NCBI GenBank assembly: GCA_040954595.2
Contig: CM082592.2
Coordinates: 4,604,735 to 4,668,734 of the forward strand
DNA from: Balanoglossus misakiensis
Taxonomy: Eukaryota > Animalia > Hemichordata
Reading direction: 5' to 3'
Length of the DNA: 64,000 nucleotides
Within the stretch, counting starts at the first letter, position 1. The number at the start of each line of letters is the position of its first letter. The position numbers and the translations under genes were made by a program. A model generated the notes under the pieces. The model ran no database searches and was not told the origin of the DNA. It saw only the letters and a program-made list of their open reading frames with translations. Shown here piece after piece: positions 29,301 to 41,717 of the stretch.

Positions 29301-32300
29301 TATAAAAAAAAGGAAAAAAGGTGTGTTCCTAATTGATGGGGTACATGTACAGAATGAAAAAAAGTCTCTGTCAGGGTATTTCGATGAATAATTCATCACA
29401 TTGTCCGGCGCGGCGCGAACATAATTAAATTGATACTGTGTGGAGAGATGAATGAATTGGCCATTATTCCGTCCGTGAATACGGGTCGCGGGGTCACCAA
29501 GTAGAGTGTATAGCAAGCGACCTGGGCTTGGGAGTGTTGTGTTCACGAGTGTAGCATTTAGACAAATGTCACCACCAATGAACAGGCTTTTTACAGCACA
29601 TTCATTGAACCAAATAATCTCACAGCTGTTGCTAAGAATAGATCTGTGTCGACTCAGAGTTTCATCAGAATTTTTTTCATGGTGCTGTGACCACGGAATG
29701 TTTGGTCAAGACGGGAAATAATTTATGGAAGCGGTCATTCAGATGATAAAGTTAGTCGTATTTAACTTCAGTGCGGTGACTTACTATAACATTTTCCACA
29801 GTCTTGACCAAATACAAAGAATCTTTGACTCCAAACATTCAAATGTTATGTTTACATAATACTGCTGAGAGAGACAGAGAGAGAGTTCTTGTTTTATTAT
29901 TGTCTAATTCACGAACACCATACATCGTTAATATTATGAATCAAGAGAAGCAAACGCTATCAATACATGTACACATATGTTGGCCGTCATCTCATTTTAC
30001 TATTCATAATGGATGTGCAGACAATTGTACTCATAACGAATCATACATGTATGCCTAGAAAGAATACAAATAACAAAAGCAATTTCTTGTTGTATAAAGC
30101 GTGAGAAGTTTGCCATGAATATTTCAGATGACTTGTAATCGATACTGCCCGTGGTGTTGAATGATGTGTTCGCTGAAAAGCTTTCAGTGATGGAATTGAA
30201 ATTCTCAGGCACTGTTCCGAGTATGGCTGTTTAGACAATGCAATGTATCAAAATTATTTGATATAAACATTTCCTGTAGCAGTCTAAGAAGTTCACTTTC
30301 AAGTTCCATTAATGATGTTGATATTGATCTAGTCACATATTATATTTATGTAAACTTCTACATATGTGAAGAAGTTGCTATGCATTTGTTCTGATATTTC
30401 TCCAACAATCAAGTCTTTTCCATTCGACTACGCTACATGTATTTCATTTACAGTGTTTCTATAGAAGACAGAGATCCTAATCTCAGGCTCCCAGCATTTA
30501 GAACAATTTCAATAGAGTTGCATATATACTATTATATAAGTTAGTAAATACCAGTCCAAACTTATTGGCCCTCTCCCTCCTCCCAGCATATCGTAATCTG
30601 ACGGATTAAAGTACGATAAAAATCTCCCAAGATTACCGAATCAAAGTTCGGATAGTCAGTCTGCTCAGTCAAAATTATCTAGAATCATGGACAGTCACCA
30701 AACAAAAGGCTCCAGCAGGATTTCTGAAATCACCAGCATGATTAGTGCAATAATATCCTGGCCTCCATCTTTAATTTAGATTTCTTGTCATTTTGGACAA
30801 TCCTTCAACCACCGGTCGATGTGGAGGTACTGTGTTTCAACCAAGGTGTAACAATAGCCATTGTTTATTGTGATCTTTCATTGATATCCAGTGACAAATC
30901 CAGGCAGTATTGGACTGTATAAGAAAGAAGGCTTCTCGGGCTATCTTTTTCTAATCAACGCGTACCAAGAGCATAGTCTTACGTATAAATCTAGCCTCGC
31001 AACAAATAAAATGCATTGAATTGTTTCATTTCAAAGTATGTTCTGAGGCTAAAACTTACACAGCTGTGTGTTTTTAAGTGAAAGAAGGGTTTCCAATAGC
31101 AACCATCCACACAGGCAAAACTTTTAGTTGCTTGGTATTAAAGTCGAATTAAATTTCTTTTGAAAGACCAGACATTTGGTTTTCAAGTTGCGGTGTATGA
31201 AAGACTGTTTTGACAAATCTTTTGGTTTCACTTGAGGGCTGTGGTTTAGGATTTGATAGCTTTTTCTCTCTTCTTGAGGACAGATTTTAATTCCTATAGA
31301 ACCGTAATAAGGTTTGGTATTTTTGCCTTGTTGCTTTTAGATTAAAAAATGCCGGAAAAAAAACATACTTAAATATATTTATTCAGAATAGTACACAGGT
31401 TAGTACCACCACGGTGACTGGCGACTTCAGATAAGCGAGTCACATCGGACTTGTAGCATACTCTGTAATCTTACCAATCGATCGAAAATTGCAGTACTCA
31501 CAGAAGAAAATAAATATTTGCTAGAAGTCGTCAATTTTCAGAAAGCACTTGTATGAGTTGAATGACAATGAGATCAATAAGCCCCTGGAGCATATGGTGG
31601 CAGGTATTGAAATGTTGTATTTGATCAAAACATTTAATCTCATTTGAGATCGCCAGTCATTGACGTCATAGCAACTGTTGTTATGTGTGCGGTTACGTCA
31701 GCAGGAAAATGATCAATTTATTGGCTGTCCATCACAAACATAGGTCCATTGGGTTTTACATCATGAATCATGAAGTTGACTTTTTTGAAATAATTCTAGG
31801 GCAAGAAAACCATTGCATATTGCAGCTTCTATAAAAGAAAAGGAAAGACAAAAATTGATCTATTCTCTGTGAATGAGAATTTGCAGGGAAATTTGTGTAT
31901 TCCCACTCTCGCTAGATGTTGATTAGTACCAAAATACATGTATGTCAATAAATAAATAAATAAATAAATAAATAAACAAATAAATATTTGCTCAAAAACA
32001 CATTCACCAGTATATACAAAAACTATGGGCTGTGCCCGGCTGTTATTGATTTAATTTACCGTAATATGTTGTAACTCCAGTCCTTATATCTAGAAGAATA
32101 CAGTAAGTTTGGTCAGTTTTGGTGTGGGATTGGGTACAATGTAAAGTTCTGCATAAGACAACTTACTAGTGGTAATGTATTTATTTATAGGGCTAGTTCA
32201 TTTGTTTGCAATTTTCTCGATCATAATGTGAGTGACAATCCAATTTTTTCACCCCTCCAAATTTCAGATAAAGAGGGGCAGAGTTCCGCATTACACAAAC

Positions 32301-35300
32301 TTTGTGAGGAGGATAGACCTGGGCCCGCGAGACAGAACGCCGTCACCGGTCAGGACGCACGCGGAACGTCCCCCGTCAGCCTCCATTGCATCCGTCCATT
32401 CTGCCAGTACTCAGAGATACAGCGACCATGGAGAGATTGACATCGCAATACAGAGTGAAGAGGAGCTGGATTGGCAAGAAGATGGTAAGTTTAGAAAAAA
32501 AAAATGTCTTACTGCTGCTGAGTCAGAGAAAAATGGAAATGTTAGAACTACAGCATTACAGGTTGGACAATGACAACACAAAGTCATATCGCACAAAATT
32601 CAAATTATGCAGAAATATTCTTTTAAGATATTGAATTATGTAAATCATAACTGATCTAATTGTAGTGCTGTGTAGAGAGGATAATAATAGGTTTTGAGTC
32701 TGACTTCGACTATTCTGCCCATGCCTTCACCTACTTGGGTGATTCATGTTTGGGTGTGGTTGGTGGGTCTGTGAGATCAATTCATTGTACATGATAATTT
32801 TTTTTGCCTTTCACAGTTGTTCATTCATCCTTCAGTCTAAGGTTTTTTTCCCATCTTTCTGTGCGACTGCCAGCCACAGTTTCGTCCATTATCAAATAAT
32901 TGCATCGAGTCGGGTTATTAAACCGATACCTGACATCTGTTACATCCACTTTTTCTTGTATCGTTTGATTGCACTGTTCACAATATACACATCTATAATG
33001 TAATAACCTTGCCAGCGAGTGTATTGGCAGGAGCTCTAATTCAATAAATCTGAACAGCACTTCCATTATGGAGCTGTCTGCTCGCATTTCAAAGCTTAGA
33101 ATTAATGGCTATGCAGTGTGTCGCTGTGTAACAGCTGGTAATTGATGGATTATACTGCTTCCTAGCTATTTGGCATTGCAGAGAAATCCCTTTTCACAGC
33201 AATACATGTGGATACAAACTAACAAGATTACAATTGTATAATCAAACCCAGAGTAAAAACATATATAAATGCACTTTTCCATTTTTCTAAATTGACTGGT
33301 AAAATATGTGCTATTGTATCATGAAAATGCCAGTACCGTATATAAAAATATACAAAATGTATATGTGGTTTGCAAAGAAAAAATCAGTTATAATAAAAAT
33401 CGCTATTTTGCTTGTGTTTTTCAGAAATTCGGGACGAACCTGAAGGTGAGTATTGCCACACCAATTGTTTTGTAGCTTTGCAACAAATATGAAAGTGACA
33501 CACCAAAATATGCACAAGTACAGATACAAGGGGAAGGGACGGAAAAATTGAGTGGTAGACAATCAATGCCAATATCAACGGACCAGTGAAGTTGATTTCT
33601 TCTGATTTGAACAAAATTCGCTTCCCTTTCCAGTGTTGCCAAGGGAAGAGCCGATACTGATTCCGACACCGACTCCAGAACCCGAAGAGGAGGAGGAGGA
33701 GGAGGAAGAGGAGGTGGAACCCCCCGAACAAGCCACCCAGGCATGGCTGCCCAAAGCACCTGTAAGTCCCACTGATGTCCAGTGGCTTAGAATCATTATA
33801 GTTTCCTTACATGTGAAATGAGTACTTCTCAGAGCCCTTCACGAGAAATTAATAATATCCTGCTGTATCATCGCTTTCCACAATTCCAGACACCGACACC
33901 TGCGACATCCGAGGGGCCAGCAACTCCACCGCCACTCTCCCCACGGGATCCCACCCCACCCCCACCGACACCACCCCCAGTCAGAGAGAAGACACCGACG
34001 CCCCCTCCCCCTCCCCCTCCGAAACAACCGACGCCCATCGACATTCCGGCAACCCCTCCGCCGAAAACGCCCACCCCGCCGCCCTCGCCCAAAATCAAGA
34101 AGGAGGTCCGCATCCAGGAGGAGCCGGAGACGATCCCGGCCAAACCGAAAGCGCCGAAGGAGAAGAAGGAGAAGAAGGCGGGTCCGACACGCAGAGTCTC
34201 GGGGGCCAAGAAGGAGGCGCCCAAACCGCAGCCCAAGCCGCCGCCCCCGGCTCCGAAACCGGTCCTCAAGGAACCAGTGGCGGAGAAACCCAAGCCGGCG
34301 CCGGTTGCGGAAGAGAAACCAGCGGAGAAACCGGAAGTGGTGGTCCCGGCACTTCCGGAGATCGTCAAGAAAGAGGAACCGCCAGTACAGAAACCCAGGT
34401 ACGTTGAAGAACATGAAGACGGATACATATCCTGATAGTATCAGTAGTTTTCAATTGTTTATATGCCCATATACAGGATGTGAGCTGTGTTGCAATATTT
34501 CAGTGAGCAGAAAAACATACCAATAGTTCATCTAAAGAGTAGTGGTAATTTGAATCCTGGGATGTGCTTCTTGATCCCATAATTATTACATGTACATGCA
34601 TATAAACTGTACGATGTCTGTGTACCTGCGCGTCCCGATACGAACCCTTGTAATTTATTTCTCATAAATACACAGGGGTAATGAAATAATCGAGTTACTC
34701 AACAGTTACCATCTGTGTGTTTGTCACAACTAATCTCATAACATGCCACCAATGTTTAAATCCCCAGTAAGAGCTCGGAGAGGCCAAACTCCGAATGTTG
34801 ACAAAATTCCAGACCCCATTCCTGGCGTTTTTCCTGCCTAACACCAAACAGATCAATACACCTTCGCTATTGACGATCCACCGTCAAAACCAACTTCTTT
34901 GTGCCGTGTTGTATTTTGTATTCCGGCCTTTCACGGAAAAAGTGTTCAAATATTTACCCTCTTGGAGACTTGAGAATAGCAACTCTCACTGAAATGACAA
35001 TGGCAGGAGCAAATAGAATCTGTGTGGAGTTGCATGCTTTTAGGGACCTTTAATTCACTGCTCCGGCTCGCAAATATTTAGCCGTACATTTCGTTGATGT
35101 CAAGGCTACATGTTTGTATTTGTTGATCGATTTCGCCCGCTAAATGATACTGACAGCTTGCGCAATTCAATAGCAACGTGCACAAATAAACATCTTTACA
35201 TTCTTTCAGATCCAGTTGTGTAAATTCTGTCTCTAAATGTACGTTCCACTGATGTTTTCAGATCTATCACATTTGTTTTGCGGTCTCCATATATGTGGGA

Positions 35301-38300
35301 AAACATCCCTTTTGCTTTTTGTTTTTGACAAAAAATCCCCAGATTTAAGCTACTTTGAATAAAACTTTAAAGCTGGAAAAAATATAAATAGCTTTCAGTT
35401 ACTAAAAATACGTAGACAAGAGCAACCAACATAGGTATCTCGCTGTCCTTTGCAGAATTGAAGTAATTCTATCAGCTGCTGCATTTTTTTACCTGTACTC
35501 ACCGTGTCTATGGAAACCATGGAGTGTTGTACTTGAAACTGGAATTTTTTAGACAATTCTGTGCTAAAAAGTGAATGCTTTATGTGAATGAGAGCAATAA
35601 TAACCACTTCACGTCACAAAAAGTGGAGTGTTCGGTGTAGTCAGGGTGTTATCAGGTGTTTGGGATTTGATGTTGTCAGTCCAAAACTGTGCTAAAACAA
35701 CTCAAGGTGTCAGAATCTGTTGTCAGCTGTGAACCCCAGTCATTCTGTTGCAAGATTTGTGCGAATTTGACATTTTCCAGATATATTTACCGGTACTTAC
35801 GCTTTTACAGAATTTAAGCAATGGGACATGGAGTGGAATTTGTAGTCTCAATGCAAGCACTCTTTATAGCATTACTCATCTCAACATGTGAAGAGGTTTG
35901 GTCTATATCCATTGTGTTCTATGATAAACCTGGACCTCTATAGAGGGAATTGGGGGTGAAAGGGTTAAAACTGTCTTTTTCCACAAGGTGTTGTGATTCA
36001 GATATTGGCCATTGCAATTCTGTTTGTATCAATTTCAGGAAATGTTTGGCAGGAGCTGGAACGTTAAAACTTACCTGTATAAAAACTATTTGTAGTTGTT
36101 TACATTTTGGCCAGGATTCAGAACATCTTAGGTTTCCTCCACTGGTGTGATAAAAATCGTAATTGATATAGCGGGGATGTTTATATCTTTCTTTTGTCCC
36201 TCCTGTGTTACAGCGAGGAACCGGAGATCAAGATCGAAGAACCAGAACCCGAACCAGAGCCTGTTGTCGAACCTCCGCACGAAGAGAGGAAAAAACTGGC
36301 GGAACCGCCAAAGGGTAAAGCTCACGATCTCTTCGCGATGGATCCACAAGTAAGTCGCTTTGCTGAAATTTTTAGCATCACACACAGGCAATCATGACAG
36401 GGTACTTTGATTTTGAGAAGTTGTCGTGATACTGGCAAAAGGGATTGGAGGGTGATAACAGGCTGACAACACATGCTGTCTTGGGGGTGGGGAGATGTTG
36501 TTATAGGTGTGTCAAAATTAAAGAAAACACGACCAGTAAACATGAAGCTTGTTTAAAGAAGGTGTACCTCAGTCTCAAGTTCATGTACAGTAAATATATG
36601 TGCACTGTCAATTCCACATAGCCGCCAAACACCAACAGCTTTAAATGTCTGTACGGCAAAGGATGTCACGTATTTTGAATTTTTTTTTCAGACAGACTTT
36701 AAAAACACCAAACTCAAAATATGTGACACTCTACGCCTTACAGAATTGTGTGCTTAATAGTTTACCATGCTTTGTTACATTTTATTGTTGTCACATACTA
36801 GTATTTGATTTTCTTCACGTACAAATATAACAAGACGTATGTTGTCCACTTTGAGTTAATGATCATTAATCCAGTGTTTTTCTTTCCTTTTCTTATTTGC
36901 TTTTTGTGTGTGCTGCATAACCAGGCTATGAAAGTATGTATGCTAATATATGGGTATTTCGTTTATCAGGCCACGTTTCTATTTAACCGCAGCTGTATAC
37001 CAGAAGCACTGCATATTTGCCTAACTTGCACATCATCGCTTGTGACCAGGATCACCGATTTGTTTGCCTAACTCTACATGTAATTTGCCCGCATTGCGTG
37101 GCCTACATGTTGCTGGAGCAGCACAGATATTTCTGCCTAACTACGCACTCACACACGTTTAAAATCATTGCACATTTTCAATAATGTAGACACACGTCAC
37201 CGCAAAAATGAGAGTAAGGAAGCGCAAGATTCAAAATAATTGTAAAAGTCTTACTAAGACAAGTTTTTATACTGCTAATGCTACTGAGGACTCACAATTT
37301 GAGATTTACATTTTGGACTATGTTTGAACGGTTTGGTTGACTGATTTGAATCTACGGAGTCTGATGCCAAAGCTGATGCATGCACGCAGTAGCAATAGAA
37401 CCATTGTATATTAGGTTCTGATTCTGATTCTGGTGCCGACTTTACTCTCATGAAGCAGTAATACGCTCAAAGTCGAACTGCTTTTGCATAATCACGAAAG
37501 CTGCCATAATTTGCCTAGCTGCACATGCACCGTGCAACGTCACGTTCAAGCAATTTTTAAATAGCTATAAATGCAATAATGAAATTTTTACGTGGTGTTA
37601 TTGTGTATGTCATGATTTCCATGAAATGTTCACGTTTCAGAGTTGCAGTAATATAATCCATGTTGTCTCAGTTTTTGTAATGCATCCAAAATGTTTGCAT
37701 ATAGAATTGACTTCTGATGAACTGTTAATGATGATTTTGGTCTTTCCAGAAATCACCAGTTTTTCTGTGAATTTCTGAATATCACCATGTTTTTCAGTGA
37801 ATTTCTGATTTTTTTTAAAGAAACGTGATATCAGTCAATGTTCCACTGGGGCCTTCACTTTGGCTGCCATCTTTACCTTTGGTGGAAAAAATATCGTAAC
37901 TATGACCACGCTTACAGTTCTGTTGCATAGACATTGTCAGTCCTACACTGGCTAAGTCAGTGCTATAAAAATATCTGAATTTTCTAAAAACATCAGACCA
38001 GTCATCTGTCAGTTGATCTGTAGTGAATTCGTCAAAATTTATCAGTGTATCGATTTTTTGCATGGGTTGAATATTATTTGTTACCCCAGACAATTTTGCA
38101 GTTATGGTGCAAATTGAGCCCCACACATTCGCAACACGTACAACAATCCAACAGTCAGTTTAATGTAATGTGTGAAGTAATATACAGCTACAGTATAATT
38201 TTTCTCACTAAAACACAAACTATATTCGTAATCTTGTGCCTAAGAAACAAAAAAGGTCTTGCAAAAAAACAACAACCTAGAATGAACGTGGAGAACAAAT

Positions 38301-41241
38301 AAATACATAAAAGTACATGACATTGACCAACGCAATATCCGACTCCAAACAAGTGCGTTGCAATCACTGATTGTCATGTGACAGGATAATCAATGTGAAA
38401 ATTTAAGCAATTTGTCTTCATATCATTAATTATGTATCACACAGTGACGTCGGGGCTCTGTCAGGAACAATAAGTCCAGGATATGAAATGCCCACGCTCT
38501 TTTGTGGAATAATAATTCCTTCATGTAATAAGAAAGTAAACTTTCCATCTGTCCAGCGAAATGATTAATTTACGACGCAGGGTCGCAATTTCCACAGATT
38601 GCTTGATTGGTGTAAATTATTCATTTGTTGACAAGAGAGAGAGAGAGAGAAAAATCATTTGGCCGATCTGTATCGTTTTCAAAGAAGCACAGCATTCCTA
38701 GTGAAGAGGTACATCACCACGCATGGAAATCCATCTTGAAACATTTCCGAAGTCCCAGTTTATGAGAATGTTTTGGTTGCATGTGTTTTGGTTTTAACTG
38801 CTATGCTCTGTGATCCTGTTCTATCATATGGAAGGGATTTTGTGATAAATCCCCTTTTCCTACTTCTTTTTGTTTTGTTTTGAATGATTGATACAGGAAT
38901 TACTGGATATGGAAATGAGAATGCGTCGTCGCGGACCGGACAGTTATATTTCGGACACTGACTCCATGCTGACGGACATGCAGAACTTCAATGATCAGCT
39001 GGACAAGGTACGTACAATATAGGGTCATTCACGGACAAGTCCACCATATGCAGATACATGGCACTTTTGTGGTATGTCGAACATATAGCCTGCTATCACT
39101 TGTTTCGCACCGTGACTTTGGCAGTGTCTTTTGCAAATATGTGAATAGGCAGAAATCCACCCTCAGTACCATGTTGATAGAGAAATGTCAGTATAAAAAA
39201 AACAGAGATCGACACATTTCCATTGTATCATCACCTGATCAGCAAACCCTCCCGTATTCTTTGTATATTTGCTCAATAATCAAACTTGCAGCACAAATGC
39301 AGAGATCCAACATTTTGAAAAATCTGTTTTAAAATTGAATAGTCTTGCTGTATTGCAGACATTGTTAGTTTGTGTTTCGGATTTAAGAGAATGTTTCTGT
39401 TTTACACATGAAATTACACACATGCGCATGAGATGATCGTCGGCCTTTCAGCTTTTCTCTCTTCCTACTTGCTAATAACTTTGACGTTGTTCTTTTGTTT
39501 TCATCTTTTAAAAAACTGACCTTGTCTCAATAATGTCTTGTTTCTTCCATCGGGTAATTACATCATGAGTGACACTTTTTCTTGTTGTCTCTGTGATGTG
39601 AGGTCTGGTTACCCCTGTGATAAGTGTACTTTTGTAGCAGCCCTGTTGTTATGTGGACCATTCCATGTGTTGATGGGGTGAATAGCTCCACCCCTGCCTT
39701 CCATGGGATACTGAGTTTCAAGTTATAAATGTTTGAGAAGTGTGTAGTTTTTTCTGTCATTTGTGCTTAAAGTGCTGCAGATGTTGGTGTAAATCCTAGG
39801 ATTTTCAAAAATTGCCACAAAATTTTTTGAAATATCGTTACTGAAGTTGTGGTTTTGATTGCATATATGTGTTGTTGTTGTTGTTGTTTTGTCTGTGTCA
39901 GGCACATTGTGTGTGTGTATAATGCAAATTGTCTTTCACTGTGTTCTGTATACTGTATGTGATTGTCACACAGAGCTGAATCTTTGTAGACTGCACAAAC
40001 ATTTTCAGGCAAAGCTACATTTTGTTCATTTCATGGTATCTATATTTTGTCACATACTGACCAAAGCATAATTTAAATAAACGTTATCCATATATTCCCA
40101 TTGCAGAAACCCAAAATGCAGCCCTGGCTGCAGTGCCGGTTGGCGTTTTCCAAGCAGACCAGTCGGTTTGAAATCCCCATGGATGTTCGAGTCTTGGAAG
40201 AGATGACGCCAGTCCAGTACCTGACAAAATACTGCATAGTCAGCACACGCAGGCAGGCATTCTACAGAAGACATTTCAATAAAGTTGACCGAGACAATGA
40301 CATGAAAATCAACAGGAAGGCAAGTACTCTGTATAGTTCTAATAATTTATCTTTTCACAAAACAAACCCAAAGTAAAGTCTAGGGAGATTGAACAAAATT
40401 CAAGATGGCTGCCGACAAAATGGCAGATTATTTTCACCTGTTTGGCGGCCATCTTGAACATGCACGATGGATTCTGCATAATTTTCCCAGCCCCTTTTCT
40501 AGAGGCAGAGGTGTAGCTCCCAGTGTTATAACTTACAATACAGATGCTACCTTTGTGATCTGCAAAAATGTTAATTGATATTTTATAACTGAATGTGTAT
40601 AAACGAAATCCAGTTTCTGGATGGTACCAATTTTGAATGCTTGGAACCTGATTTGTGTGGTTTGAATCACTTTATTTCAAATCATTTAATTGCATTTGCA
40701 CAAATTGTTTTTATTGCAGGAGCTGGAAAACGGCATGAAGGCTGTACACGTGGATGCCATATCTGAGGAACAGATCGACAGATTCGTTGAACTCTTAGAC
40801 ATCGATGATGAAAATTATAAATTTAACTTCAAGATATTCTCAGCACTGTGTGCCTTATCAGAGCGGCTGCTTTATCCAAACTTTGTGTAAGTATACAATT
40901 AGCGAGTGTTTATAGGCTGTAAGATGAGGGTGATGTTTGTGACTGCCCTCTTCATAGCGAGCGCCTTCACGCACACATTTTTCCCCGCAACAGTTTTCAG
41001 TGCTTGGCTAGAGTACGCCAATAGGACAAACATATTCTCTTGGTCGATATATGTATTTTTTCTCCAAAATTATAAAAAAATCTAATCGTCTAAATGGCTT
41101 TTTTACAGAACGGAAGACACTGTATATTTACCGGAACACCAAAAAGAAAAAGTTGAAGACGCTGATTTTGAGGCTCTTGATTGGAAGCTGCATGGCTGCA
41201 AAGTTAATCCGCCGGTGAAAAAGATTCTGTATATGCTGTGA
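20322..41241 (+). CDS. Uncharacterised Pro/Glu/Lys-rich protein with a C-terminal EF-hand-containing domain (candidate ciliary protein)
   Basis: First exon 20322-20468 (CAAC-ATG, ends AAG|GTGAG). Shared exons 28617-28652, 32268-32484, 33425-33445, 33634-33761, 33890-34398, 36214-36349, 38897-39007, 40107-40319 (GC donor), 40720-40886, 41109-41241 (TGA) total 1671 nt and are all phase-compatible. Encodes a Pro-rich stalk (PTPPPPPPPKQPTP) and the EF-hand loop DRDNDMKINRKE. Confidence 0.75.
20470..20539. repeat. GA/GGGA-rich simple repeat
   Basis: Read directly from the sequence; starts at the intron donor. Confidence 0.85.
22407..22886 (+). CDS. Alternative first coding exon (160 aa, Arg/Pro-rich) of the EF-hand gene
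   Basis: GC-rich ORF with CAAC-ATG and an in-frame upstream TGA (22389). It ends ACC|GTACGT in phase 0, matching the phase-0 acceptor at 28617. Contains RPASS, RPNTAP, RAKSA, RIKSAP. Confidence 0.6.
26722..27381 (+). CDS. Alternative first coding exon (220 aa) of the EF-hand gene
   Basis: Acceptor TTTGTCAACAG at 26698, ATG at 26722 (MLDPTLPWLAVG), strong GC3 bias, donor ACG|GTAGGG in phase 0. Contains RPKSA twice, RVQSA, RVKSA, RPTSS, RPRTAP. Confidence 0.65.
27606..27697. mobile_element. MITE family A
   Basis: TTAACCCTTTCACCCCCAG...GGTGAAAGGGTTA. Confidence 0.8.
28683..28772. mobile_element. MITE family A
   Basis: TAACCCTTTCACCCCCAG...GGTGAAAGGATTA; lies 30 bp downstream of the 36-nt micro-exon. 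Confidence 0.75.
31947..31985. repeat. (AATA)n microsatellite
   Basis: Read directly from the sequence. Confidence 0.85.
35895..35968. mobile_element. MITE family A (one end truncated)
   Basis: ...GGACCTCTATAGAGGGAATTGGGGGTGAAAGGGTTAA. Confidence 0.7.
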
Positions 41242-41509
41242 GGGAAAACCTGTGAAGATTTCTCAAAGAAAGTTCTTTTGGATTCACGTCACTGGCACAG
41301 ATCTCCGATTTGTGTGAATTTTTTTCTAAGCAATATGGCCGTACGTTCCAAGCAGTTCAAGGATGACTTCCTTCCCAAGAAGCAATAGACTTTTGTTTCA
41401 CTTTAGCAGTTATCAAAATCTCTTTAAAGGGACACAGTTGGATTATTTATTTTTGTTCTTGTATAATGTCAAAGTTATAAATATTTGTATTGTTCTATGT
41501 ACTGAATCA

Positions 41510-41717
41510 TACTGTAAAACAGGAAATTTTCGCGAACCGTAATTTTTCGCAAACTGCGCGAGAGCCCCCAAAACGCGAAAATAAAAAAGTCTCGTATAAA
41601 TGTTTTTCGGAGATACGATGCAGTGGAATACGAGAACGCGAAAATTAATCGTCGCGTATCAGTTGCCTCTTGATATCGTGAAAATTTCCTGTCGCGAACA
41701 TTTTCCGTTTTACAGTA
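41510..41717. mobile_element. MITE family C (TA|CTGTAAAAC...GTTTTACAG|TA; Tc1/mariner-pogo-like)
   Basis: Terminal inverted repeats with TA flanks and internal TTTTCGCG/CGCGAAAA motifs; lies ~270 bp after the EF-hand gene stop. Confidence 0.8.

Noticed and set aside
30465-30826. Exon-like stretch with an acceptor and donor inside the EF-hand gene
   Set aside because: The frames I read contain stops and I could not build a consistent exon; at most a decayed or non-coding exon.
33421-34428. Antisense ORFs of 112-191 aa
   Set aside because: Shadows of the GC-rich Pro-coding + strand exons; no splice or domain support.
40399-40458. Hairpin TTCAAGATGGCTGCC...GGCGGCCATCTTGAA
   Set aside because: Short intronic inverted repeat built on a motif common in repeat debris; no ncRNA family features recognised.
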